Source: an uncultured virus (IMG/VR IMGVR_UViG_3300042691_049071)
Lineage: Duplodnaviria; Heunggongvirae; Uroviricota; Caudoviricetes
Reading direction: 5' to 3' (one strand)
IMG/VR virus record: IMGVR_UViG_3300042691_049071
DNA length: 20,000 bases
Shown: in pieces, positions 1-8,341 of the stretch
How the letters are laid out: each line of letters starts with the position of its first letter
Position numbering within the stretch: position 1 is the stretch's first letter
The notes under the pieces: model-generated
Told to the model about the DNA's origin: nothing
Database searches by the model: none
The model's input: the letters and a program-made list of their open reading frames with translations, nothing else
Made by a program: the position numbers and the translations under genes

Positions 1-181
1 TAGGATTTACAGGCTGCTTGAAGATGGTCAATGGTGGAAAACGGCAGCGATCGCCGAGAGACTCAATAAGAGCCCTGAACAAGTCAGGGACGTTCTTCAG
101 TCAATTAGAGAGCCTTGGAAACTGAGATCAAGTAGGTCAAGGATAAACGGAGGCTTTAAGAGGTATGACCAAAATGTTTAA
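1..181 (+). CDS. 3' end of a probable (winged) helix-turn-helix protein, 5'-truncated by the window
   Basis: Frame 2 is open from 2 to TAA at 179-181: RIYRLLEDGQWWKTAAIAERLNKSPEQVRDVLQSIREPWKLRSSRSRINGGFKRYDQNV*. The 'TAAIAERLNKSPEQVRDVL' segment is HTH-like. Not in the supplied ORF track. Confidence 0.6.
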   Translation, partial: RIYRLLEDGQWWKTAAIAERLNKSPEQVRDVLQSIREPWKLRSSRSRINGGFKRYDQNV

Positions 182-593
182 GTGTCAACAGAACCTAATT
201 AATCCTGATAAAGAAACAAGAGCTGTGCTTGAGTTCCTTTGTGGTGAGTCAGTAAAATTAGGAAATTGCGCTATTTATTATTCTCGACAACTATTCTTTA
301 AGACTGGGAAAGCTCCGTCTAAGTATGATTTACAAAAAGAACTTAGTGTAAGGAATAAAAATTTACACTACCAAGCTTTTTATTCTGATACAGCTCAGCA
401 GGTTTTAGGTGATGTTGCGGAGTCCTTTAAGGGCTTTTTTGGTTTGCTCAAAGCTCTTAAAGCTGGAAGGGTGTCTCAAAAGCCTAAACTACCTAATTAC
501 CGCAAAGGTGGTATGGCCGTAGTAACCTATACGGGTCGCTCCGTAAAACTTGAGAATGGATTACTGCCGACGAATTTAATTGGTCTGCCCTAA
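174..593 (+). pseudogene. tnpB: N-terminal fragment of an IS200/IS605-family TnpB (no RuvC or zinc finger); start at 165 or 174
   Basis: MFKCQQNLI...LEFLC...N.AIYY.RQ.FFKTG...YQAFYSDTAQQVL..VAESFK.F..L...KPKLPNYRKGG..VVTY resembles cyanobacterial TnpB N-termini. Similarity seems to end after 'KLENGLL' (~566) and the ORF stops at 593. Confidence 0.8.
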
Positions 594-599
594 GCGCCG

Positions 600-899
600 A
601 TGGATCGTTCTAAACTCCTAGCCAAAATCCAGTGCCAGCGAATGTGGTTAGAAGATATTCGTGGCAAGTCTCTAGCTGAGGAGCTAGAGATCTGGAAGAA
701 TAAATACCTTACCGCAAACAATCTCACGCATCTGGATACTCAGGGGCTAGAGCAACTGTTTAAGGCGCTTGAGTCGATGGTTAAAGCTGCGGTGAGTAAT
801 TTTGAGGAGTTGGATAGTCAGGCGCGAGAGAGGATTAAAGCTGGCGACCACTCGATTCGGTTTGTTGAAAAGATTGTTGAAGATGATGAATATTTTTAG
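600..899 (+). CDS. hypothetical protein (helical)
   Basis: 99-aa ORF packed tightly between neighbours in the operon. Confidence 0.7.
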   Translation: MDRSKLLAKIQCQRMWLEDIRGKSLAEELEIWKNKYLTANNLTHLDTQGLEQLFKALESMVKAAVSNFEELDSQARERIKAGDHSIRFVEKIVEDDEYF

Positions 900-908
900 G
901 AGGTTGAT

Positions 909-1343
909 ATGGTAAGTGTCAGGCGTTATTTAAGTTGCCCAGTTAGACCCTACGAAGAAGGGATGGCTCTATACTCTGATCGCCTGGGAAAATGGTTTCA
1001 CGATATCGGTGATGTCTGGGAATACTACGAAGATCAGATCGGAGAAGATGAGGATATTGATCTTGAATGGGCGGAAGCCAAGCAATCTCCTCAAGGTATT
1101 TGTGAAATGGCTCGCCTTTTCTTAGGTAGACCAGTTTATTTGCCGTGGGCTGAGATTGCTGAATTTGATCTACCTGATGGTGTTGACGATATCTCGGAAA
1201 TACTGCCGCCAAGCCACGAGATCCGCGTAAAACTTGCCGAGTTAAACAAGCTGATCGAAGAAACAAAGCTGGTTGTTTGCTACGAGGAGTCTAGCTACCG
1301 CCCAGATCCAGAAACCTTGGACTTTAAGTGCGCGATCGCCTAA
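909..1343 (+). CDS. hypothetical acidic phage protein
   Basis: Strong RBS GGAGGT before ATG 909; 144-aa ORF. Confidence 0.75.
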   Translation: MVSVRRYLSCPVRPYEEGMALYSDRLGKWFHDIGDVWEYYEDQIGEDEDIDLEWAEAKQSPQGICEMARLFLGRPVYLPWAEIAEFDLPDGVDDISEILPPSHEIRVKLAELNKLIEETKLVVCYEESSYRPDPETLDFKCAIA

Positions 1344-1443
1344 GCCGCTTTTTCAGATCTGAATTACCGCAAAAGCACAATGAAAACTCGGCAGTTCGAG
1401 ATTAAATTCAGAAACCATCCAGAACAGCAAGGAGCAAAAAGCA

Positions 1444-2010
1444 GTGATTGACAAAACAAGATTAGAAATAGCGAACAGGGTCTTAGTAGTACTCGGCGAG
1501 TCGTATCGTAAGACCGAGTTTGTAGTTAGCGATCGCAACCGACTTTGCCTGAACTGGTTTGATTATTATGGGAAAGCTCATTCCCGCCCTTGGGCAACAA
1601 GAGGTGGATCTTCATACCCAAGCTGGAGCGATAAACTGTCTTGCGGCGGCACGATGATGACGGCGATCGCGCAGTTGGCTTTATGGGTTCGAGGATTGCC
1701 TTGCTACCCCATCCAGACTTGGGAGTATTGGTGCGGAGAGACGGTTGGAATGAGAGGTGGGGAGAAAATTCTTCCGCTCTTAAGGAATAGTGGCTGTTAT
1801 CCCGATGGACTTAGTTGCGCTTTTTGTGGGGCTAGGGATGGCAAGAGGGATTGGTATTGGTTCTCGCCTCACCCCAAGCATTCTGGGTTTGGATGCCAGC
1901 GCCCAGAATGCCAGCCAATCAAAGATCTCAGAAATAGTCTAATCGACAAACAACAAAATCGCGTCAAAAGAATTTTATCCTTGCAACGCATCCCTGCTTC
2001 CGTAAAATAG
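1444..2010 (+). CDS. hypothetical phage protein with C-terminal Cys cluster (CAFC...CQRPEC, possible Zn finger)
   Basis: RBS AAGGAG before GTG; 188-aa ORF. Confidence 0.7.
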   Translation: MIDKTRLEIANRVLVVLGESYRKTEFVVSDRNRLCLNWFDYYGKAHSRPWATRGGSSYPSWSDKLSCGGTMMTAIAQLALWVRGLPCYPIQTWEYWCGETVGMRGGEKILPLLRNSGCYPDGLSCAFCGARDGKRDWYWFSPHPKHSGFGCQRPECQPIKDLRNSLIDKQQNRVKRILSLQRIPASVK

Positions 2011-2063
2011 TTTGATTAATAACGTAGATTTATGGCAATATTGACAGAAGCATTTCAAGAAAG

Positions 2064-2714
2064 ATGAACAAACTAATTGCCTACTTGGTAAGCAAGATCG
2101 GATCTGCTTACCACTCTGCAAGATTCCTGCTATCTATACTTAAATTGGAATTTCCCCATGTTAGACCCCATAGAGCTACAGGTCAGTATTTTCGAGATGG
2201 AGTTCACACAGGCGATCACGCACCAACCACTCCCAGAAGCAAGAAAAGCAGTAGCCGATTATTTGCAGCTACTGGAGTACAAGAAGGACTCGATAATCAG
2301 GCTGAGACCTCAAGTGACATCCTTGGTTTCTGGACTGGAGACCCTCTCAATCGCTTTCTCCATACAGTCAACCGAAAGTCGGGAGGAACTCAAGGCGATC
2401 GCGGTAAGGATTTGCAGGATGTTGCTGAAGTTAAACATACTGCTCAAGGAAGCGGTGAGTGGGATCTGCTAAAACCCCAGCAGCGTCAAGCTATCATTCT
2501 TGATTTAATGCGGGAATGTCAGGCACAGGTCAAAGATGGTGTCTACCACATATTTACTACCCATGACATCGTAATGCTATGCGATCGCCCTGACACTCAC
2601 TGGGAAATCGTTTTTGAAGATTTATTGCAGCTCAATCGCGAGGAAAAAATATTGATTACCACTTTTTGCAATACGAAGGGCGAGCTGTGCGTCCCTTGCT
2701 GGGGGCTAAAGTAG
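2064..2714 (+). CDS. hypothetical protein; the C-terminal ~85 aa look wHTH-like; true start uncertain
   Basis: 216-aa open frame whose stop overlaps the methylase start; middle part is hydrophilic and overlaps a second ORF. Confidence 0.5.
   Translation: MNKLIAYLVSKIGSAYHSARFLLSILKLEFPHVRPHRATGQYFRDGVHTGDHAPTTPRSKKSSSRLFAATGVQEGLDNQAETSSDILGFWTGDPLNRFLHTVNRKSGGTQGDRGKDLQDVAEVKHTAQGSGEWDLLKPQQRQAIILDLMRECQAQVKDGVYHIFTTHDIVMLCDRPDTHWEIVFEDLLQLNREEKILITTFCNTKGELCVPCWGLK
2158..2472 (+). CDS. hypothetical all-helical protein nested in a different frame inside 2064-2714
   Basis: 104-aa ORF with amphipathic, protein-like composition. Confidence 0.55.
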   Translation: MLDPIELQVSIFEMEFTQAITHQPLPEARKAVADYLQLLEYKKDSIIRLRPQVTSLVSGLETLSIAFSIQSTESREELKAIAVRICRMLLKLNILLKEAVSGIC

Positions 2715-3988
2715 TGAGAAAGCTAAAATATATTACTGTTTGTTCTGGCATAGAAGCCCAGTCTGCCGCATGGGATAAAGATTGGGAGGCGATCGCGTTC
2801 TCAGATATTGACCCATTTTGTAACGCTTTCTTGGCTCACAAATATCCGTCAGTCCCGAATCTTGGAGACCTAAATAGTATCGACTGGAGCCAGATCAAGG
2901 ATGCCGACATCTTTATGGGGTCAACCCCCTGCCAAGCATTTTCTCTTGCTGGGAACCGTCTTTCTTTAGGCGATGCTCGCGGTCAATTAACAAAAACATT
3001 TGTGGAGGCATGGAATGAACTTACAGCTAGAGATCAATGCCCTATACTCTTCTGGGAAAACGTCGATGGAGTCCTGTCAACCCGCGACAACGCTTTTGGA
3101 TGTATGCTCGCGGCAATTTTGGGAGAGGAAGAACCGTTGTCTTCTCGCAGAAGAAACGGCAAATGGTCGCGTTCAGGCTTTTTTCTTGGACAACACCGTA
3201 GTGTCGCATACCGAGTTATCGATGCTCAATACTTTGGAGTACCCCAGCGAAGAAATCGAATCTTCCTCTGTGCGATCGATACTAGAGTCTTGGGAAAGTT
3301 ATTCCCAGAAATACCCGCAAGCGAGTTATCAGGACTGGCAGGCGTACCAGCAGCGATACTATTTGAGCCAGAAGGCGAAAGACGGGTTGTTACGAAGGTC
3401 AGCAACTCAAAAAGTAAGATTACCAAGACTGCTAAAACTAGCGCTGGAGAGCCACTTAACGTTTGTCGAGAAGAACTTCTGGCTGCTGCGATCGCTGATC
3501 ATCTTAGCTTAGGTGTTGATGAACAGGACTGGCGATTAGCCAACGAAGAATCCGTAACTGGTCCTATTCTTGCAAACTGTGGCAAAAAACAATGGCTTGG
3601 GAACCAAGAGGGTTTTTCTGGTCGTTACCACCTAGTCAGAGAAATCGCCTTTTCCTCCGTCGATAATGGCAGGGATGCTGGGAAGGTATGCCCACCAATC
3701 AGGGCAGGTAAGCACGATCAAAGCTGGATGAATGGTCGAGGTGGCGGTGCAGCGATCGCAATGCAAGATACTCGAACCGCATACATTACTCGCCGTTTTA
3801 CTCCAACCGAGTGTTTGCGACTGATGGGCTTTCCCGACGACTATCTTGACTTTGACTATCAAGGCAAACCTGCTAGCGATACTCGTAAGTACGCAGCGAT
3901 CGGTAACAGTATCGCAGTGCCGTGTTTATCATGGCTGCAACGTCGGACAATAAAAGTATTAGATGCGATCGCGAAGAGTTTTAACTAG
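2714..3988 (+). CDS. DNA (cytosine-5)-methyltransferase, phage orphan type
   Basis: Motif I variant CSGIEA, catalytic GSTPCQAFS, WENV, QRRNR, RRFTPTECLRLMGFPD and YAAIGNS. Probable GTG start at 2714 overlaps the upstream TAG. Confidence 0.95.
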   Translation: MRKLKYITVCSGIEAQSAAWDKDWEAIAFSDIDPFCNAFLAHKYPSVPNLGDLNSIDWSQIKDADIFMGSTPCQAFSLAGNRLSLGDARGQLTKTFVEAWNELTARDQCPILFWENVDGVLSTRDNAFGCMLAAILGEEEPLSSRRRNGKWSRSGFFLGQHRSVAYRVIDAQYFGVPQRRNRIFLCAIDTRVLGKLFPEIPASELSGLAGVPAAILFEPEGERRVVTKVSNSKSKITKTAKTSAGEPLNVCREELLAAAIADHLSLGVDEQDWRLANEESVTGPILANCGKKQWLGNQEGFSGRYHLVREIAFSSVDNGRDAGKVCPPIRAGKHDQSWMNGRGGGAAIAMQDTRTAYITRRFTPTECLRLMGFPDDYLDFDYQGKPASDTRKYAAIGNSIAVPCLSWLQRRTIKVLDAIAKSFN

Positions 3989-3998
3989 AGAGAATACT

Positions 3999-4211
3999 AT
4001 GGATGGCTCAACACGAATCAAATTTACTCTTGGGATTGGTTTTCAGTCAGACCAAGAGGATGTCTTTGACTTAGAAGGACTTATTGAAAATTGGGCGGAA
4101 CTAAGCCAAGAGGATCTGGAAGAAGCTTTGTATAACGAATGGAAGAAATGGATATGGGAGTTTATTGATGGTGGATGGGAAATTGCTAAAGGCGAAGAGG
4201 CGAATGACTAA
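3999..4211 (+). CDS. small acidic hypothetical phage protein
   Basis: ATG 3999, directly after the methylase; Trp/Glu-rich. Confidence 0.7.
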   Translation: MDGSTRIKFTLGIGFQSDQEDVFDLEGLIENWAELSQEDLEEALYNEWKKWIWEFIDGGWEIAKGEEAND

Positions 4212-4279
4212 ATGATCGCCGATCAATGGTCGAAAGTTTTGCTTGAAAACATATAAAACTACCACAAAATTGAATTATC

Positions 4280-4474
4280 ATGAAGGAATCGGATTTGGAT
4301 AACGCGATCGCTTCCGCAAAGCTTTTCTTAGAGTTCGCGGAAGTGATGAAAGAGTATTTTCAAAACAATCCCAAGGCTGGAAATACCAACAATATATTCT
4401 ATGGAGAGCAGAGAGGGCTGATCAAACATCAAGCTCGCATTCTCTCCCATTTTCTAGCAAAACTGAGGAAATGA
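4280..4474 (+). CDS. hypothetical protein
   Basis: 64-aa ORF with ATGA overlap to the next gene. Confidence 0.65.
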   Translation: MKESDLDNAIASAKLFLEFAEVMKEYFQNNPKAGNTNNIFYGEQRGLIKHQARILSHFLAKLRK

Positions 4475-4707
4475 TGACCCAGTATATACAGACCGAATTC
4501 TGCCTTGATTTAAGGCGAGGTAATACCGAATCACTGCCTACATGGATGAAAAGCGTAGGAGATCGCCCACCAACTCTCCCTTTGAAACCACTCTCAATTC
4601 AATTACCATTATTCGATACCGCGTCCTATGTCTCAAAAGCTTCTACTAAAACCAAAGCCACCAGAGGCGATCGCCATAAACAGGTTGCTATTCCGACCCC
4701 GCAATAG
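4471..4707 (+). CDS. hypothetical protein
   Basis: ATGA-coupled to the previous ORF; overlaps the next ORF by 80 nt. Confidence 0.5.
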   Translation: MMTQYIQTEFCLDLRRGNTESLPTWMKSVGDRPPTLPLKPLSIQLPLFDTASYVSKASTKTKATRGDRHKQVAIPTPQ

Positions 4708-5071
4708 TGAAAGCCCTAACCAGTCCCGCAGATTAATGTCTGACGGGCTGGTTGCCCACTATCCAGTAAACGTCGAGGCGGATCTGGTGATTGCTGAGTG
4801 CATCTCCGAGATACTTCAGGAGCACCAGTCTTGCTTGGGTAAGGGCATCGATCACTTCGCGATCGCTATTTACTGGGGCAACAAGATTCGTATTGAGGCA
4901 AAACCTCTTGAGCGACTACGTTGGCTTCAGGACTCCAACTGGAGAACTGATTTCTGGAAGACGTTAGGCGATCGGGCGGAGAGCTACAACCCCACCACCC
5001 ATCTCAATATCGGATATATCTCTGGAGATGGGTTGGGATGCACAAAATTACAGGCGATCATGGAGGTGTAA
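4628..5071 (+). CDS. hypothetical protein
   Basis: 147-aa ORF; TAATG coupling to the next gene. Confidence 0.65.
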   Translation: MSQKLLLKPKPPEAIAINRLLFRPRNSESPNQSRRLMSDGLVAHYPVNVEADLVIAECISEILQEHQSCLGKGIDHFAIAIYWGNKIRIEAKPLERLRWLQDSNWRTDFWKTLGDRAESYNPTTHLNIGYISGDGLGCTKLQAIMEV

Positions 5072-5271
5072 TGGAGACGATTGAACAGATTTGCTTTAAT
5101 TGCAAGTATCTAGGATCTCAGCCCGTTACCGACACTTGGTTAAGAGTTGGAGACACTGACTACTGGTGCGACAACGAGGACGTTATTGAAGTACCTCAGA
5201 CCTTAGACCCCGATCTGATGGAGCACTACCCAGACACGTGCAAAAAATTTGAAGCGATCGTGGAGGCTTAG
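5071..5271 (+). CDS. small Cys-containing hypothetical protein (CFNC...C...C)
   Basis: GGAGGT RBS before ATG 5071. Confidence 0.7.
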   Translation: METIEQICFNCKYLGSQPVTDTWLRVGDTDYWCDNEDVIEVPQTLDPDLMEHYPDTCKKFEAIVEA

Positions 5272-5894
5272 TGGGAGTTCTAGCAGATTGGCAAATCAAG
5301 TATTTGTGCAGAGACAATTCTTGGCAGATCCCTCGTCTCACCAAGCAGGACTTCTTGCACCCTAGCAGAATAAACACCATATTCAAGATGTGGTTTTGGA
5401 AAAATTTCTTGCCCATACCAGAAGTCCCTTTGGTAACGCCTTATATTCCAGAGAATGTGGGGTGCTCAAGCTTAGATATTTTTATCGGAGACACGATCAA
5501 GAAGTCTACGCCTAACGGCTGGATTGATATCGATCTCAGTCAGGGGCAGAAATATGCGCTGCACTATGGCGAGTTCGTTCTAACTTCTGGGGTCGAAATA
5601 TGCAATTTCCCCCGATGGATTGCCGCCTCAATCGACCTCAGATCCAGTTCTGCGAGATTGGGGTGTCAACACTTAAAGGCGGGGCACTGCGAACCAGGTT
5701 GGCACGATTCGGTTCCAACACTGGAATTGATATGCGTTGACAAAAACCAGCCTTTTATTCTTGAAAAAGGCATGCGCGTATGTCAAATGATTTTTCAAAC
5801 AATGGATGCGGAACCACTGGTTTCGTATGCCGAACATGGTCACTACAACGGCGATCGCACAGTACAGGAAGCTAAGCCAGATGCTACAAGATAA
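5271..5894 (+). CDS. dcd: dCTP deaminase (dUTPase-like trimeric family)
   Basis: N-terminal 'VLADWQI', S.DI.IG, EFVL...E, RSSSARLG, G..EPGW, TLEL, G.RVCQMIF, Y..HGHY; GGAGG RBS before GTG. Confidence 0.9.
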   Translation: MGVLADWQIKYLCRDNSWQIPRLTKQDFLHPSRINTIFKMWFWKNFLPIPEVPLVTPYIPENVGCSSLDIFIGDTIKKSTPNGWIDIDLSQGQKYALHYGEFVLTSGVEICNFPRWIAASIDLRSSSARLGCQHLKAGHCEPGWHDSVPTLELICVDKNQPFILEKGMRVCQMIFQTMDAEPLVSYAEHGHYNGDRTVQEAKPDATR

Positions 5895-6102
5895 AGTCAC
5901 CTTAGACAGCATTGTTGAAGAGTTAGAGAATGTTAGTACCAGAATAACCAGTGCTCCGCTTGTAGGTTACGACGAGACTGGGTCTTTGAGGTACATAACA
6001 GCTTGGGATATCCACACAGTTGAAGAGGGTGAGGAGGATTTTCTTCCTTTTATTACTTCTGCCCGACTGGTTTTTAGATTTGGAGATATAGCCGATGTCT
6101 GA
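5881..6102 (+). CDS. hypothetical protein
   Basis: ATG 5881 overlaps the dcd end; operon packing. Confidence 0.6.
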   Translation: MLQDKVTLDSIVEELENVSTRITSAPLVGYDETGSLRYITAWDIHTVEEGEEDFLPFITSARLVFRFGDIADV

Positions 6103-6490
6103 ATCCCACGTTAATTATTCAATCCCTGAGCCACCCCCGATCGCCACCGATGAACCCGCAATCATCGACCTAGCAATCGAGGATATCGAAACCTATGGTG
6201 GTGAATTTAAAATACTTATTCCCCACCTGCGCGATCGCCTAGCTATGGGTATAGATAAACATGGCACTCCCCTCCAGAAGTCCAACGGGCGAAATCACAG
6301 GATTGATGGATTTCAAGAGCTTGAAGATTTTATTGCTTACATGAAGCAAGGTCTTGAGCGAGGAGACGAGGAGATGAGGTGGTTTTACTACCAAGGACTC
6401 ATCCTTGCTTCCGACTTTGCCGAACTCTTAGAGGGCAAGCAATTTAACTACAACGTCAAAAAGAAAACCATACTAAGACCAAACGAATAG
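6095..6490 (+). CDS. phage protein, possibly an all-alpha (MazG-like) nucleotide pyrophosphohydrolase
   Basis: Motif R...G..KHGTPL...NGR....DG.QELED...Y; located in the nucleotide-metabolism cluster. Function is inferred. Confidence 0.45.
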   Translation: MSESHVNYSIPEPPPIATDEPAIIDLAIEDIETYGGEFKILIPHLRDRLAMGIDKHGTPLQKSNGRNHRIDGFQELEDFIAYMKQGLERGDEEMRWFYYQGLILASDFAELLEGKQFNYNVKKKTILRPNE

Positions 6491-6499
6491 GAACTAGTG

Positions 6500-6868
6500 A
6501 TGACCACAAGAAAAAAGACCGCGATCGCGCAACAAGTCGATTCCAGCACAAGCGTAACCACTTCGGAAGTGGTTGATTTTGCCTTGATTGCCGAAGCGAT
6601 CGCCTTTAAAACCCACGATGCTATACGAAACTCAAGATCTGCTGATTCTCTATATGCGGAGAAGGCTTCCGAAGTGGCGATCGGTGATTTAGTCGCGAAC
6701 ATTTCCGATCTAACCGTGGGTGCTAGCTGTCTAGATAGCGTCGGCACGGTACTGGAGATTCGGGATGGCGAAATCGAAGTTCGTCGTATAGACGGAGTTA
6801 CTCGATATGTGCTTCCCGCGATCGGTACTTATGTTGCGGCAAAGGGAGGTAAGGATGTTTCAGTATGA
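6500..6868 (+). CDS. hypothetical protein with C-terminal SH3/KOW-like beta region
   Basis: 'IGDLV...VGTVLEIRDGEIEVRRIDG'. Confidence 0.6.
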   Translation: MTTRKKTAIAQQVDSSTSVTTSEVVDFALIAEAIAFKTHDAIRNSRSADSLYAEKASEVAIGDLVANISDLTVGASCLDSVGTVLEIRDGEIEVRRIDGVTRYVLPAIGTYVAAKGGKDVSV

Positions 6869-7709
6869 AGCAACAATTGTTGCCGACAGCCTAAATCCGT
6901 GGGGGACGAGGCTGACCTCCTTTGTTCTTACCTATCCACGGTTTATACATGCAGAAATGTTGCGGCACAGAGTCTTTTCTCGCTGTGTATCAAGTTCACG
7001 GGCTATTCCGATCGCCAAGATGATCAAAGCTGTCGAAGAAGCCGATCTGTATCCAGTCTTTTGGGGTGCAGCGCAAAAAGGCATGGCAGCTGACTATGAG
7101 ATTAAAGAGGAAGACAAATGGTACGCGATCGCTATATGGGACGAGCACAGAAAAGCGACTATAAAAGCGGTTAAAAAGCTCTCTGATGTAGGTCTACACA
7201 AGCAAATCCCTAACAGACTGCTAGAGCCTTTTGCACCAGTAACTGAACTAGTCACGGCAACCGAATATCAAAATTTCTTTGAGCTTCGAGATCACCCTAC
7301 GGCTCAGCCAGAAATTCAGGCGATCGCCAAGCTAATGCGTAAAGCATATACGGAATGCAAACCCAAAGAGTGTGAGCTAGGTCAATGGCACATCCCGTTC
7401 ATAGACCCAGAAAAAGACAAGGATCTAGATCCCAAAATTGTACTTAAGGTAGCGGTGGGTCGATGCGCTAGGGTGAGTTATCTAACTCATGATGGAGTTA
7501 GAGATCCGCAGGAGGATGTGAGACTGTGCGATCGCTTATGGAATAGCAAGCCAAAACACCTATCTCCGTTTGAGCACGTAGCAAGAGTCGCTCCTTGGAA
7601 AACTAAGAGCGACAACTTTGATGAGTGGGCTAGCCTACGCTATGAACTAAGGGTTGGCGCACTTAAGTTTGAAGATGGGAAAATCATGGAGGGTCGCCAT
7701 GTTAAGTGA
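6855..7709 (+). CDS. thyX: FAD-dependent thymidylate synthase
   Basis: Signature RHRVFSRCVSSSRAIP (RHRx7SxR), LLEPF, NFFELR....AQPEIQ, CARVSY, HLSPFEH; GGAGG RBS before ATG 6855. Confidence 0.93.
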   Translation: MFQYEATIVADSLNPWGTRLTSFVLTYPRFIHAEMLRHRVFSRCVSSSRAIPIAKMIKAVEEADLYPVFWGAAQKGMAADYEIKEEDKWYAIAIWDEHRKATIKAVKKLSDVGLHKQIPNRLLEPFAPVTELVTATEYQNFFELRDHPTAQPEIQAIAKLMRKAYTECKPKECELGQWHIPFIDPEKDKDLDPKIVLKVAVGRCARVSYLTHDGVRDPQEDVRLCDRLWNSKPKHLSPFEHVARVAPWKTKSDNFDEWASLRYELRVGALKFEDGKIMEGRHVK

Positions 7710-8139
7710 CGAACAGATTAAGGCGATCGCGCAAGCTCGGTACGAGAAGGATAGAGATCTCTCATGGGATAGTCTGTTAACCGAAGAACAAGACTCAGCA
7801 AAAGAGGATGTCCTCTTTATTACTCGTAGAGCGATCGCTATCCAAGCCGAACAAGACCGCCGCAGCTTTACCGCCGTCGCGAAGTATATCGGCGTTAGCT
7901 TTACCTCTGAGACCGATGTGGTTTCCGAGGTCTACAGAAAACTCGATGAAATTATGACCGTGTTTAGAGAGCATAGTCAAGAGATTGCGATCGCGCAGCA
8001 AATTAAAACCTTGAACAATCTACTGGAGAAGTATGGCAAGCAACAAGAAGCCGCGCCTGTTTACGAAGGGGCAGTGGGTACAAAAGAGGGAAGATCCGTT
8101 CGTGCTGGAGTCGTCTCCGACCAAGAACCTCAAGCCTGA
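7699..8139 (+). CDS. hypothetical coiled/helical protein
   Basis: GGAGG RBS before ATG 7699. Confidence 0.65.
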   Translation: MLSDEQIKAIAQARYEKDRDLSWDSLLTEEQDSAKEDVLFITRRAIAIQAEQDRRSFTAVAKYIGVSFTSETDVVSEVYRKLDEIMTVFREHSQEIAIAQQIKTLNNLLEKYGKQQEAAPVYEGAVGTKEGRSVRAGVVSDQEPQA

Positions 8140-8341
8140 GAGTTCGAGGAAAGGAGAATCCCGCTATGGCATTGTTATTTCGTCAACAGAAAGCAACAAA
8201 ATTAACACAAAAGTACGGATTTTGTTTTTCCCGCAAGGTAAAATAGAAGAGGTCGCAAAGAGTCGGTTAGACTTTGCGATCGCCCCTACCGATATCAACA
8301 GCGCTAGCCCTAAATTTTTAGAGAATTTCACAATCCTATGA
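8033..8341 (+). CDS. hypothetical SH3/KOW-like protein
   Basis: 'FTKGQWVQK...RYGIVIS...VRILF'; GGAG RBS; ATGA overlap with nrdJ. Confidence 0.6.
   Translation: MASNKKPRLFTKGQWVQKREDPFVLESSPTKNLKPESSRKGESRYGIVISSTESNKINTKVRILFFPQGKIEEVAKSRLDFAIAPTDINSASPKFLENFTIL

Noticed and set aside
566..900. omegaRNA or IS right end downstream of tnpB
   Set aside because: The sequence runs straight into the next ORF at 600 and no terminal hairpin is evident.
2041..2069. Perfect TTGACA -35 box
   Set aside because: No acceptable -10 at 16-18 nt; that position falls on the ATG of the next ORF.
3000..3512. 170-aa alternative-frame ORF inside the methyltransferase
   Set aside because: No RBS or recognisable motifs; likely a shadow of the coding frame
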